From contig CANSHD010000001.1 in assembly GCA_947646585.1 (NCBI GenBank), positions 248,617-312,616 of the forward strand: a DNA stretch of 64,000 nt, given 5' to 3'. This document shows, piece by piece, positions 36,609 through 47,113 of this stretch. Every line of letters begins with the position of its first letter. Position 1 is the stretch's first letter. Made by a program: the position numbers and the translations under genes. The stretch comes from an uncultured Alphaproteobacteria bacterium (lineage in GTDB: Bacteria > Pseudomonadota > Alphaproteobacteria > Rs-D84). Under the pieces are notes generated by a model. It had not been told where the DNA came from. It was given only the letters and a program-made list of their open reading frames with translations, and searched no databases.

Positions 36609-38591
36609 ATGGCTGAAAAATATTTGATTACGTCTGCTTTGCCGTATGTGAACGGGGAATTGCACCTGGGGCATTTGGTGGGCTGCTGGCTGCCCAGCGA
36701 CGTGTATGCGCGCTTTTGTCGTGCACGTGGTCGCGACGTGCTGTATGTATGCGGCGCGGACGAGCATGGAACCCCCGCAGTGGTCGGTGCCGCGAAAGAG
36801 GGCGTGCCGGTCATCGAATACAACAACAAGTATTATGAAAAGCATCTGCGCGCGGTGCGCGACTTTAACCTGTCGTTTGACCTGTACGGCCGCACGCACA
36901 CCGAATTGCAGGAAAAACTGATACATGATTTGTTCACGCGCCTGGACGAACGTGGATTGATAGAAGAGCGCGAAACAATTCAGCCGTTTTCAGTCGATGA
37001 CAACATGTTTTTGGCCGACCGACAACTGGTCGGAACATGTCCAAAATGCGGATATGAAAAAGCCCGCGGTGACCAGTGCGACCGGTGCAGCGCCACGTAC
37101 GAGGCGACCGAGCTTGTTAATCCGCGCAGCACGATTTCCGGGTCTGATAAAATTGAAATGCGCCCGACGAAAAATCTGTTTTTTCGTGCATCGCGTGTGC
37201 AGGACGCGTGGCGCGAATGGTTAAAAACAGCCGCCCCGAAATGGTCGAAAACCGCCGGTGCAATCGCAATGGGGTGGGCAAATGATGAGCTGTTTGATAC
37301 ATCCATCACGCGCGATTTGCCGTGGGGCATTCCGGTAAATAAACCCGGGTACGAGGACAAGGTGTTTTATGTCTGGTTCGATGCGCCGTGGGGTTATGTT
37401 TCAATCTCTCAGGCGGCAAATCCGGACTGGGCGTCATGGTGGAAGAATCCGAAAACCCATTATGCACAGTTCATGGGCAAGGATAACGTGAAATTCCACG
37501 CTGTATTTTTCCCGGAGCAGCAGCTGGCCGTGGACGACGGCTGGAAAACGGTCGACATGCTTAAATCCATGAATTTCTTAAATTTTGAAGGCGGCAAGTT
37601 TTCCAAGTCTGAGAAACGCGGAATCTTCCTGGATGCGGCGATTGATGTCGCGCCCGCCGACGCATGGCGTTATGCGCTGATGGCATCGGCACCCGAAACA
37701 GACGACACGGATTTCACAATCGAGCGCTTTGCCGATATCGTGAACAAGGATTTGAACGGCATGCTGGGCAACTTTGTGTCGCGTGCAACCAAATTGACCG
37801 AGAAAAATTTCGGTTCCGTCGTCCCGGCGGCGGGCGAATTGGACACAAAACTTGCCGCGGCTGTAAATGAAAAGATTACGGAATTGACCGCCGCGCTGGA
37901 TGCGTGCGAATTTCGCGCCGCCATTGTCGCGTTGCGCGGCCTGTATGCAATCGGCAACGAATACATGACGGAAAAGGCACCGTGGACGCTGGTTAAAAAT
38001 GGCGATTTGGCCGCTGCGGGCGCTGTGCTGAACAACTGTTTCCAGTTGATTGATTTATATGCACGTGTCAGTGCCCCGTTTATCCCGGACGCCGCGGAAA
38101 AAATCCGTGGTGTTTTTGCGGCAGACCATGACCTGACGTGGCCAGACGCGTTTGACCGCCGCGTTGCCGACGGGGAAACGTTCACGGTTCCCGAAAACCT
38201 GTTCGAACGGATTGATGATGCGCGCGTCGCGGAATTGACCGAAAAATTCGCGCCGAAAAAAGATGACGCACCGCGACCGGTTGTTGCGAAAATTGTGGCG
38301 GCGACGCCGCATCCGACGCGTGACGGGTTGCAGATTTTAACCGTGGACAACGGCACGGAAAAATTGCAAATCGTATGCGCGGCGCCGAATGCGCGTGCGG
38401 GTCTGGTATCTGTTTTGGCGCCGGTCGGCTGTAAATTGCCGGGTGTCAAAAAGCCGATATCACAGCGTACCGTCGCCGGCACGGAGTCGTTCGGCATGAT
38501 GTGCAGCGCGGCCGAATTGGGTCATGGCGACGCGGCGGATAAAATCATTGAATTGGACGCGGATGCGCAAATCGGTGCGGAATATAAATAA
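36609..38591 (+). CDS. metG: methionyl-tRNA synthetase with C-terminal EMAP/tRNA-binding domain
   Basis: HLGH (HIGH) and KFSKS (KMSKS) motifs; Zn-knuckle CPKCG..CDRC; C-terminal OB domain; 660 aa. Confidence 0.95.
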   Translation: MAEKYLITSALPYVNGELHLGHLVGCWLPSDVYARFCRARGRDVLYVCGADEHGTPAVVGAAKEGVPVIEYNNKYYEKHLRAVRDFNLSFDLYGRTHTELQEKLIHDLFTRLDERGLIEERETIQPFSVDDNMFLADRQLVGTCPKCGYEKARGDQCDRCSATYEATELVNPRSTISGSDKIEMRPTKNLFFRASRVQDAWREWLKTAAPKWSKTAGAIAMGWANDELFDTSITRDLPWGIPVNKPGYEDKVFYVWFDAPWGYVSISQAANPDWASWWKNPKTHYAQFMGKDNVKFHAVFFPEQQLAVDDGWKTVDMLKSMNFLNFEGGKFSKSEKRGIFLDAAIDVAPADAWRYALMASAPETDDTDFTIERFADIVNKDLNGMLGNFVSRATKLTEKNFGSVVPAAGELDTKLAAAVNEKITELTAALDACEFRAAIVALRGLYAIGNEYMTEKAPWTLVKNGDLAAAGAVLNNCFQLIDLYARVSAPFIPDAAEKIRGVFAADHDLTWPDAFDRRVADGETFTVPENLFERIDDARVAELTEKFAPKKDDAPRPVVAKIVAATPHPTRDGLQILTVDNGTEKLQIVCAAPNARAGLVSVLAPVGCKLPGVKKPISQRTVAGTESFGMMCSAAELGHGDAADKIIELDADAQIGAEYK

Positions 38592-39155
38592 ATGAAACTG
38601 GTTCTGGTATCTTGTTGCGCGCCGTGCAGCGCGGGCGCAATAAAACAATTGGCGGACGGGCAAATCCCGGACGTCGATGATTTTGTCGTGCTGTTTTTCA
38701 ACCCGAATATTTTTCCTGCGTCCGAATATCAAAAGCGCATGGCGGAACAGATAAAATACTGTGACACGCTTGGCGTAAAACACGTGGAATTGGAATACGA
38801 CCACGCCGCATGGCGCGATGCGGTGGCGGGGCTGGAATCCGAACCCGAACGCGGTGCGCGGTGCAGTGCGTGTTTTGAGTTTCGTTTTGCACGCGCGGCC
38901 CGTTTCGCCCGTGAAAACGGTTATGATGCGGTGGCGTCGGTTCTGGGCGTGTCACGACATAAAGACCAGACCCAGGTTGACTGTGCGGCGTCCGCGGTAT
39001 GCGGTAACGTAAAATATTTACCGATAAAGTGGGACGAAGCGCTGCGTCAACAAATCGGCCGTGCATCCGACTTTTACCGCCAGAATTATTGCGGTTGTGA
39101 ATTTTCTATACGCAAAGCAGCGGCATTGATTCCGGATACCATTCAAACAGCGTGA
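38592..39155 (+). CDS. queH: epoxyqueuosine reductase QueH (DUF208)
   Basis: LVSCCAPCS motif and downstream Cys pairs (CSAC, CGC); 187 aa. Confidence 0.72.
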   Translation: MKLVLVSCCAPCSAGAIKQLADGQIPDVDDFVVLFFNPNIFPASEYQKRMAEQIKYCDTLGVKHVELEYDHAAWRDAVAGLESEPERGARCSACFEFRFARAARFARENGYDAVASVLGVSRHKDQTQVDCAASAVCGNVKYLPIKWDEALRQQIGRASDFYRQNYCGCEFSIRKAAALIPDTIQTA

Positions 39156-39548
39156 ATATCATTATTTGCTGATATACGCTTGGCTTTTTATTTTTTGCGA
39201 TAATTGAATTATATTCAGACTCGGTTTCCAAATCCATTGCATTGCACATAATGTATATCGGTATGTCGGCATGGATTCTGGCGGCCTCTATGCGTTGCCC
39301 GGTCAGCATCTGAATTCCCCCGTGATTTTATAAAGAAAAAACCATCGGAATAAAATTCAGATGGCTGGAGGTTCACTACTATAATCAGCTATAGCGTCGC
39401 TTATTCAATATATTCGCGACCCTCCAGCCAGTGGTTGGAGATTTTCTGTTTTTTACAAACAGGCTGAAAAGGGGTAGCGAACCCCGCCCACGGAATACCC
39501 GCCGGCAAATATATTATATATTGAATAAAAACAATTTGCAAATAATTA

Positions 39549-39651
39549 CTGGATTGCTTCGGCATTCGCCTCGCAATGACAAAGGCGCGGAATGTTGCGC
39601 TTCATCACTCTTGTCATTGCGAGGAGGGCATAGCCCGACGTGGCAATCCAG
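39549..39651. repeat. MITE/REP-like nested palindromic element, copy C
   Basis: ctggattgc..cctcgcaatgaca..ttgtcattgcgagg..ggcaatccag; same family as 26127-26341. Confidence 0.8.
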
Positions 39652-39728
39652 TCAATGATGTATACGATTTATTTGCGATTGCAAATTTTTATGTCTATAA
39701 TTTACCCGTGATTTATTAAGGAGGACGT

Positions 39729-40604
39729 ATGTCATCTGTATTTGTATTCCCGGGCCAGGGCGCGCAGAGCGTCGGCATGGGCCGCGAATTGTATGAAACA
39801 AACCCGGCCGCCCGCGCCGTGTTTGATGAGGTGGACGCGGCATTGGGTGAAAAATTGACGGATATTATATTTAACGGTCCGGCGGACGATTTGACGTTAA
39901 CGCGCAATGTTCAGCCTGCGATTATGGCCACGTCCATTGCGATGCTGCGCGCGTCGGGTGCCGAATTGCCGGAATATGTGGCCGGCCATTCTTTGGGCGA
40001 ATATACGGCGCTGTGTGCGTCGGGTGCATTGTCTGTGGGCGATGCGGCGCGTCTGTTGCGTGCGCGCGGCGACGCAATGCAAAGCGCGGCCCCGGCCGGA
40101 ACCGGGTTAACCGCGGTTATTATCGGTATGGATATTGATGCGCTGCGCGGGCTGTGCGATGGCACGGATGCGGATGTTGCAAACGACAACTGCCCGGGCC
40201 AGGTTGTGATTTCCGGTGCCAAAGACGCGGTTGAATGCGTCATGGCCGCGGCAAAAGAGGCGGGTGCCCGTCGTGCAATGCCGCTGGCGCTGTCGGTGCC
40301 GGTTCATTGCCGTATGCAGGCCCCGGCCGCGGACGCCATGCGCGCCGCGTTGGAGCAGGTGGAGATTAAAAAGCCGTCGGCGACATTTATCGCGAACAAG
40401 ACCGCCGATGTCATGATGGACCCGGCCGAAATAAAGGAAGAATTGATTTATCAAATGACGCATGGTGTGCGCTGGCGCGAAAGTGTTCTGCGTATGCATG
40501 CGCTGGGTATTACGGAAATGACAGAGGTCGGCCCCGGCAACGTTTTAACGGGCCTGTGCGGCAGAATTTGTTCTGAAATTAACGCAAAAAAATTGGAGAT
40601 ATAA
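39729..40604 (+). CDS. fabD: malonyl-CoA:ACP transacylase
   Basis: FVFPGQGAQSVGMG; active-site GHSLGEYTAL. Confidence 0.9.
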   Translation: MSSVFVFPGQGAQSVGMGRELYETNPAARAVFDEVDAALGEKLTDIIFNGPADDLTLTRNVQPAIMATSIAMLRASGAELPEYVAGHSLGEYTALCASGALSVGDAARLLRARGDAMQSAAPAGTGLTAVIIGMDIDALRGLCDGTDADVANDNCPGQVVISGAKDAVECVMAAAKEAGARRAMPLALSVPVHCRMQAPAADAMRAALEQVEIKKPSATFIANKTADVMMDPAEIKEELIYQMTHGVRWRESVLRMHALGITEMTEVGPGNVLTGLCGRICSEINAKKLEI

Positions 40605-40606
40605 AC

Positions 40607-41335
40607 ATGTTTGATTTAACAGGACGGGTTGCATTGATAACAGGCGCGACCGGCGGCATCGGCGGCGCGATTGCAAAAAAGATGAAAGAGGCCGGCGCCA
40701 CGGTTGTGGTCACGGGCCGCAATATTGCGAAATTGAACGCGGAATTCGGCGATGAGTTTATTAAGATTCCGTGTGATCTGGCCGCGGACGGCGGGGCGGT
40801 CGAACTGGTCATGAACACCATAGAGGCCGCGGGCAAAATCGACATTGTTGTCAACAACGCCGGTATTACAAAAGATACTTTGTTAATGCGCATGACGGAC
40901 GAGCAGTTTGACGACGTTATCAACACAAATCTGCGTTCCACATTCAAGATTTGCCGCGCATGCGTTATGCCGATGATGAAAAACAGATACGGCCGCATTA
41001 TCAACATGGCGTCCATTATCGGCGTTATCGGCGGCCCGGGCCAGGCGAACTATGCGGCGTCCAAGGGCGGCATGATTGCCATGACGAAATCCATCGCGGC
41101 CGAGGTTGCATCCCGCGGCATTACCGCGAACTGCATCGCGCCGGGCTTTATCAAGACACCGATGACGGACGTGTTAAGCGATGATTTGAAAAAGGCGTAT
41201 CTGGCGCAAATTCCGGCCGGCCGTTTCGGTGAACCGGATGATATCGCAAATACGTGTGTGTTCTTGGCCAGTAGCGAGGCCGGCTATATCAACGGCCAGA
41301 CAATCAATGTCAACGGCGGTATGGGACGTTTTTAA
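40607..41335 (+). CDS. fabG: 3-oxoacyl-ACP reductase
   Basis: ALITGATGGIGGAIA; NNAGI; SDR catalytic YAASKGG; 242 aa. Confidence 0.9.
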   Translation: MFDLTGRVALITGATGGIGGAIAKKMKEAGATVVVTGRNIAKLNAEFGDEFIKIPCDLAADGGAVELVMNTIEAAGKIDIVVNNAGITKDTLLMRMTDEQFDDVINTNLRSTFKICRACVMPMMKNRYGRIINMASIIGVIGGPGQANYAASKGGMIAMTKSIAAEVASRGITANCIAPGFIKTPMTDVLSDDLKKAYLAQIPAGRFGEPDDIANTCVFLASSEAGYINGQTINVNGGMGRF

Positions 41336-41338
41336 TAA

Positions 41339-42985
41339 ATGACACAGTTTGATGTAATCGTTATCGGCGGCGGTCATGCCGGGGTAGAGGCCGCGGCGGC
41401 ATCCGCCCGCCGGGGGGCGAAAACTTTGCTGGTCACAATGCGCGAAAGCGATATCGGTGCGATGTCGTGCAATCCGTCAATCGGCGGCCCTGGCAAATCC
41501 CAGATGGTTGCCGAAATCGACGCATTGGGCGGTGTTATGCCGCGCGCGGCGGACGCCGCCGGCATCCATTTCCGTATGCTGAACGCATCGCATGGCGCGG
41601 CCACGCGCGCCTTGCGCGCCCAGATTGACCGCGCGCTGTATCACGACGCGGTTATGAGCATTTTAAACGATACGTCAAATTTGACCGTTGTATATGAAAC
41701 GGTTGAAAGTCTGGATATTGAAAATAAAACCGTTAACAACAAATATCGGGCAAAATCGATTGTTATAACCACGGGTACTTTCCTGCGCGGCCTGGTCACG
41801 CGCGGTGCGGAAAAAATCCCGTCCGGGCGTTTAATGGACAACGGCGAATATCAGGCCCCCGATGCGCATATATCGGACGCACTGCGCGCGGCCGGGTTTG
41901 AATTGATGCGTTTAAAAACCGGCACGCCCGCGCGAATATATCGCGACAGTATCGATTTTTCCGTATGCGAGGCACAGGCCCCCGACACCCCGCACGAATG
42001 GTTTTCCATGCCGAATGCGGACAACGATTACAGTGCGATGTGCTTTATCACGCATACGACCGGCGAAACGCATGACATAATACGTCAAAACATAAAAAAC
42101 GCGCCCATGTATAACGGCGATATCGAAGGGACAGGGCCGCGTTACTGCCCGTCGTTGGAAGACAAGGTTATGCGTTTTGAGAGCCATTCGTCGCACCATG
42201 TGTTTTTAGAGCCCGAGGGCCTAAACAGCGATTTGATTTATCCCAACGGCATTTCGACCAGTTTCGGCGCCGATATCCAGGACATGTGGATTCGCACAAT
42301 CCCGGGGCTGGAAAACGCGCGTATTGCACGATACGGATACGCGATTGAATATGACGCGATTGACGCTCGCAAATTGATGCACACGTTGGAGGCCAAAGAT
42401 ATCCCGGGCCTGTTCTTTGCCGGGCAAATCAACGGCACGTCCGGTTATGAAGAGGCCGCCGCCCAGGGCATGGTCGCCGGCGCAAACGCCGCGGCGTACG
42501 CATTGGGTGCGCCGACGCTGGATTTGGACCGTACAAATTCAATGATTGGTGTTTTGATTGACGATATAACGACGCTGGGGGTGGACGAACCATACCGCAT
42601 GTTTTCATCGCGCGCGGAATACCGCCTGCACCTGCGTGCGGATAATGCGGTCCGGCGCCTTGGGAAAACGGGCGTTGATTTGGGACTGATATCCGCGGCG
42701 GAATATGAAAAAAAATGCGCGTACCGTGACGCGGCGGCAACGGAAAACGATAAATTCTATGCCGGGTATATTGCGCGCGCCATGCGCGAAATGGAAAGCT
42801 ATCGCCGCGATATGGAATTAAAAATTCCGAAAAATTTTGAATATTCGAATCTGCCGGGATTAACGAACGAGCTGGTTGAAAAATTAACCGCGACGCGTCC
42901 GGAAAACGTTGCCGCGGCGACGCGCATTCCGGGCATGACACCGGCCGGAATAATGGTTGTTTTGCGTCGCATACGGAATAATTAA
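41339..42985 (+). CDS. mnmG: tRNA uridine-5-carboxymethylaminomethyl synthesis enzyme MnmG (GidA), compact form
   Basis: [16 protein letters not shown]; MSCNPSIGG; [21 protein letters not shown]; [12 protein letters not shown]; 548 aa. Confidence 0.88.
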   Translation: MTQFDVIVIGGGHAGVEAAAASARRGAKTLLVTMRESDIGAMSCNPSIGGPGKSQMVAEIDALGGVMPRAADAAGIHFRMLNASHGAATRALRAQIDRALYHDAVMSILNDTSNLTVVYETVESLDIENKTVNNKYRAKSIVITTGTFLRGLVTRGAEKIPSGRLMDNGEYQAPDAHISDALRAAGFELMRLKTGTPARIYRDSIDFSVCEAQAPDTPHEWFSMPNADNDYSAMCFITHTTGETHDIIRQNIKNAPMYNGDIEGTGPRYCPSLEDKVMRFESHSSHHVFLEPEGLNSDLIYPNGISTSFGADIQDMWIRTIPGLENARIARYGYAIEYDAIDARKLMHTLEAKDIPGLFFAGQINGTSGYEEAAAQGMVAGANAAAYALGAPTLDLDRTNSMIGVLIDDITTLGVDEPYRMFSSRAEYRLHLRADNAVRRLGKTGVDLGLISAAEYEKKCAYRDAAATENDKFYAGYIARAMREMESYRRDMELKIPKNFEYSNLPGLTNELVEKLTATRPENVAAATRIPGMTPAGIMVVLRRIRNN

Positions 42986-43063
42986 GCGTCGGACGAATAT
43001 TGGTGTGTTTATGCGAATTTTATACTGGAAATTTGCGAAAACATATATTATTATGGGCGCATT

Positions 43064-43139
43064 GCCGGTGTAGCTCAGCTGGTAGAGCATCTCATTCGTA
43101 ATGAGGGGGTCGTAGGTTCAAGTCCTATCACCGGCACCA
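43064..43139 (+). tRNA. tRNA-Thr (anticodon CGU)
   Basis: GCCGGTG acceptor, TAGCTCAGCTGGTAGAGC D-arm, anticodon loop UUCGUAA, T-arm GGTTCAAGTCC, CACCGGC-A-CCA; 76 nt. Confidence 0.88.
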
Positions 43140-43204
43140 GAATTAAAAAATGATGAACAAGTCGATAATCATTATTAAATAAAACGGCACTGCGCTTTGG
43201 CGGT

Positions 43205-43236
43205 GGCCCGGGCGCGTATGGCGCCCGTTTTTATTT
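43205..43236 (+). terminator. hairpin + T-run after tRNA-Thr, ~22 nt before ileS
   Basis: ggcccgggcgcgtatggcgcccgtttttattt. Confidence 0.7.
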
Positions 43237-43257
43237 AAAAAACAAAAGGCAAAACAA

Positions 43258-46200
43258 ATGGCATACCCGAAAACCGACCCGCGTGCTGATTTTCCAAAGC
43301 TGGAACAGGAAATACTGGCGTTCTGGCGCGCAGACGATACATTCCACAAAACATTGGAAAAGACCAAACAGGGGCATCCGTTTTCGTTCTTTGACGGGCC
43401 GCCGTTTGGAAACGGTCTGCCGCACTGGGGGCATTTGGGCGTGTCGGCGGTAAAGGATATGGTCTGCCGGTATCAGACGATGAAGGGTCGCTTTGTCCGG
43501 CGCGAACTGGGGTGGGATTGCCACGGCCTGCCTGCGGAAAACAGTGTCGAGAAAAAGCAAAACCGCACCGCGCGTGAAATCGTGGCCGCCGACGGAATAT
43601 CGGCATTCTGCGAAATGTGCCGGTCGGACGTTATGACGTACACCACGGAATGGGAAAAATTTATTGCGCGTATCGGCCGCTGGGTCGATGTCGGTGACGG
43701 ATACGGGTACCGGACCATGGATAAAAATTATATGGAATCCATGCTGTGGACGTTAAAGTCGCTGTATGACAAGGGCCTGCTGTACAAGGATTACAGCGTG
43801 AACCCGTTCGACTGGGTCAACGGCACGGTCGTATCCAATTCAGAGGCGTCCCAGGATTACCGTGACGTTGTTGACGATGCGCTGACCGTGTGGTTTGAGC
43901 TGGAAAACGGCGACCGTGTGATGGCGTGGACGACAACACCGTGGACATTGCCGGCGAACAGTGCGCTGGCCGTAAATCCGGATATGAAATACGTCCGTAT
44001 GCGCGACGCCGACGGCCATGTTTATGTTATCGCCGAATCCAGATTAAAGGCATATGAAAAACAGTTGTCCGCGGCCGAAAAAGTGGGCGAGGTTATGGGT
44101 CGCGACCTGGCGGGATTAAAGTATGCGCCGTTGTTTGACTATTATGCCGGCACGTCCGATTTGCTGTATCGTGTGATTCCGGCCGATTACGTATCCGACA
44201 GCGACGGTACCGGTATCGTTCATATTGCCCCCGCTTTCGGTGCGGATGATTTCTGGGCGGCGAAAAATATCGACCCGAAATTCCCGGTTCTGCTAAACGT
44301 CGATAACTATGGCAATTTTGACGACAGCGTGCGCGACTTTGCGGGCCAAAACATATTCGCGGCCAATGCATCTGTTATGGATTTGTTAAAATCCCGCGGT
44401 CATGTGGTAAAAAAGGAACAGTACAAGCACAGTTATCCCTACGGCGACCGTTCAAAGGAAAAGCTGATTTATCGTGCGACGGATTCATGGTATATCGACG
44501 TTCCAAAAATCCGCGAAAAATTGATAGAGAACAACAAACAGGTCAACTGGACCTCTGCGGGCGAACGTTTCCGCAGCTGGATTGAAAACGCGCGTCCGTG
44601 GTCTATATCGCGCAACCGTTTCTGGGGGACGCCGCTGCCGATTTGGGAGCGCGACGGCGAATACAAGGTGTTCGGTTCAATCGCGGAACTGGAAGAATTC
44701 TTTGGCACAAAAATAAACGATTTGCATCGCCCGACGCTGGATGCGTTAACAAAAGACGGCTGGACACGCATTCCGGACGTTCTGGACTGCTGGGTTGAAT
44801 CCGGTTCCATGCCGTGGGCGTCGCTGCATTATCCGTTTGAAAACAAGGACCGTTTCAGCGCGACATTCCCCGCCGATTATATTATCGAGGGCCAGGACCA
44901 GACCCGCGGATGGTTCTATGCGCTGATGGTACTGGCGACCGCCATGTGGGACAGCCCGGCGTTCCGTACGGTATCCGCGAACGGAATGGTTGTGGATGAA
45001 AACAAGAAAAAGTTTTCAAAATCACTGAAAAATTTCGTGAATCCGGAGGCTCAGATAGAGCAGTTTGGCGCGGACAGCATTCGCCTGTTTATATTGGGCT
45101 CGAATTTCATGAAGGCCGAACCCGTTCCCGTCGATAAAGAGGGCAAGGTTTTCTCCGAAACCGCAAAGACAATCTTAACCCCGTTGTGGAACGCATATCA
45201 TTTCTTTACACTGTACGCGAACGCGGGGGGCATCACGGCAACGGACAATGTGTCGGACAATGCGCTGGATAAATATATCGTTGCGGAATTGAACGAATTG
45301 ATTCAGACGACCGACCGCGCGCTTGCCGAATACAAACCCGACAGTGCGATAAAGGAATTCGTGCGTTTTCTGGATATCTTAAACAACTGGTATATCCGTC
45401 GCAGCCGTGCGCGTTTCTGGGATGAAGAGCAGGCCGCATTCGACACCCTGCACACCGTTTTGACGACGTTAACGCGCGTAATGGCGCCGTTCGCGCCGTT
45501 TGTCACGGAATATATCTATCGTAATTTGACGGGCGGCGAATCCGTGCATTTGACGGATTTCCCGACGGCAATGCCGTATGATGAAAAAATTGTCGCCGAC
45601 ATGCGCCGCGTCCAGATGGTTGTGTCGGCCGGAAAACAGTTGCGTGAAAATTATCGCCTGCGCAACCGCCTGCCGCTGAACAAATTGACCGTGGCCGGCG
45701 CGAACATGCCCCAGTACGCCGATATTATTAAGGAAGAGCTGAACGTTAAATCCGTTGAATTCGCCGACAGTGTTGACGGTGTCGCGGACAAATTTGTGTA
45801 TTTAATTACGCCGCGCATCGGCGCGCGTCTGGGCGGTGCATTAAAAGAAATAATCCCGGCGGTAAAGCGCGGCGATTATACGGTCGCGGGCGATACTCTG
45901 GTTGCCGCGGGTCATACGTTGAATGCGGACGAATTTGAAAGCCGCTTGACCGTAAAGCCGGGTGTTGCGGGCGCGGCCCTGCCGGACAATACGGCGGTTG
46001 TCGTTCTGGATACGGAAATAAATTCGGAATTGGTGGCCGAGGGGCTGGCAAATGACGCCCTGCGCTTTATCCAGGATACGCGCAAGGCGGCAAACTTTGA
46101 CGTGTCCGATCGTATCCGTCTGACATACAGTGCCGACCCGGCATTGGCCATGGCGTTGGACGCGCATAAAAAACGCATCATGCGTGACGCACTGATAACC

Positions 46201-46281
46201 GAAATGTCAGCCGGCATCGGCGGCGAATATGAAACCGAGATAGAGGGTTATTCCCTGTCCGTATCTGTGGAAAAGGCCTAA
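43258..46281 (+). CDS. ileS: isoleucyl-tRNA synthetase, type 2 (eukaryote-like N-terminal signature)
   Basis: FFDGPPFGNGLPHWGHL (HIGH region); KFSKSL (KMSKS); 1007 aa. Confidence 0.95.
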   Translation: MAYPKTDPRADFPKLEQEILAFWRADDTFHKTLEKTKQGHPFSFFDGPPFGNGLPHWGHLGVSAVKDMVCRYQTMKGRFVRRELGWDCHGLPAENSVEKKQNRTAREIVAADGISAFCEMCRSDVMTYTTEWEKFIARIGRWVDVGDGYGYRTMDKNYMESMLWTLKSLYDKGLLYKDYSVNPFDWVNGTVVSNSEASQDYRDVVDDALTVWFELENGDRVMAWTTTPWTLPANSALAVNPDMKYVRMRDADGHVYVIAESRLKAYEKQLSAAEKVGEVMGRDLAGLKYAPLFDYYAGTSDLLYRVIPADYVSDSDGTGIVHIAPAFGADDFWAAKNIDPKFPVLLNVDNYGNFDDSVRDFAGQNIFAANASVMDLLKSRGHVVKKEQYKHSYPYGDRSKEKLIYRATDSWYIDVPKIREKLIENNKQVNWTSAGERFRSWIENARPWSISRNRFWGTPLPIWERDGEYKVFGSIAELEEFFGTKINDLHRPTLDALTKDGWTRIPDVLDCWVESGSMPWASLHYPFENKDRFSATFPADYIIEGQDQTRGWFYALMVLATAMWDSPAFRTVSANGMVVDENKKKFSKSLKNFVNPEAQIEQFGADSIRLFILGSNFMKAEPVPVDKEGKVFSETAKTILTPLWNAYHFFTLYANAGGITATDNVSDNALDKYIVAELNELIQTTDRALAEYKPDSAIKEFVRFLDILNNWYIRRSRARFWDEEQAAFDTLHTVLTTLTRVMAPFAPFVTEYIYRNLTGGESVHLTDFPTAMPYDEKIVADMRRVQMVVSAGKQLRENYRLRNRLPLNKLTVAGANMPQYADIIKEELNVKSVEFADSVDGVADKFVYLITPRIGARLGGALKEIIPAVKRGDYTVAGDTLVAAGHTLNADEFESRLTVKPGVAGAALPDNTAVVVLDTEINSELVAEGLANDALRFIQDTRKAANFDVSDRIRLTYSADPALAMALDAHKKRIMRDALITEMSAGIGGEYETEIEGYSLSVSVEKA

Positions 46282-46284
46282 AAA

Positions 46285-46944
46285 ATGATGACACCGGACC
46301 AGTATTTTACCGCCGTACCCGCAACCGTGGATATGAATATCCGCTCGGAACTGTATTCCACCAATGAATTCACGTTCGCGGTGGCGGTAATACTGTCGGC
46401 CCAGGCGACGGATAAAAAAGTGAACGAGGTCACGCCCGACTTGTTCCGTGTGGCGCCCACGCCCGCAAAAATGATTGCGTTGGGCGAAGACGGGTTAAAG
46501 GCGCATATAAAGGTCTTGTCGTTCTTTAACAACAAGGCCAAAAGCATTATGGGCCTGGCGGCGCGTTTAATGGATGAAGAGGGCGCCACAAACACCGATT
46601 ATAAATTCCCGGCAAAATTTCATGACCGCGATGCTTTGATGAAACTGCCCGGCATCGGCCAAAAAACAGCGAATGTTATTATGAATGTTCTGTGGGGCGC
46701 GCCGAATATCGGCGTTGATACGCACGTTTTCCGCAACGCGCACCGTTACGGGTGGGTTGGCGACGACGCGAACACACCGGAAAAGGTTGAGGCGGCGTTG
46801 CTGTCCAAAATCCCCGCCAAATACCACGGTATTGTAAATCATGTAATGGTTTTGCACGGGCGATATATATGCCGGGCACTGCGTCCCAAATGCGCCGATT
46901 GCCCGGTGGCGCATATCTGCACCGCCCCAGACAAGACGGTTTAA
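46285..46944 (+). CDS. nth: endonuclease III
   Basis: HhH-GPD LMKLPGIGQKTANVI; 4Fe-4S cluster CRALRPKCADCPVAHIC. Confidence 0.9.
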   Translation: MMTPDQYFTAVPATVDMNIRSELYSTNEFTFAVAVILSAQATDKKVNEVTPDLFRVAPTPAKMIALGEDGLKAHIKVLSFFNNKAKSIMGLAARLMDEEGATNTDYKFPAKFHDRDALMKLPGIGQKTANVIMNVLWGAPNIGVDTHVFRNAHRYGWVGDDANTPEKVEAALLSKIPAKYHGIVNHVMVLHGRYICRALRPKCADCPVAHICTAPDKTV

Positions 46945-47051
46945 AAAATAACTGGCAAAAATTCTTACCATGCTATATACTTTTTATGTCGCGGCGTGTT
47001 GCCGTGATGAGGCCTGATAACCTCGTTTACATGCGTCGGAATAAGTACCTG

Positions 47052-47075
47052 TTGGCGCGGCGCGCCATTTTTATT
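47052..47075 (+). terminator. probable terminator downstream of nth
   Basis: tggcgcggcgcgcca palindrome followed by tttttatt. Confidence 0.5.
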
Positions 47076-47093
47076 ACGACGTTAAATATACAG

Positions 47094-47113
47094 CTCCTGA
47101 CCCGGGTCAGGAG
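47094..47113. promoter_or_regulatory. 20-bp perfect palindrome CTCCTGACCCGGGTCAGGAG upstream of the Cys-rich operon
   Basis: perfect dyad; CCTCCTGACC half repeated at 47164-47173. Confidence 0.45.

Noticed and set aside
41339-42985. Considered TrmFO (folate-dependent tRNA m5U methyltransferase) for the flavoprotein after fabG
   Set aside because: Motifs [30 protein letters not shown] and [12 protein letters not shown] align collinearly with MnmG/GidA; length 548 aa exceeds TrmFO (~440 aa)
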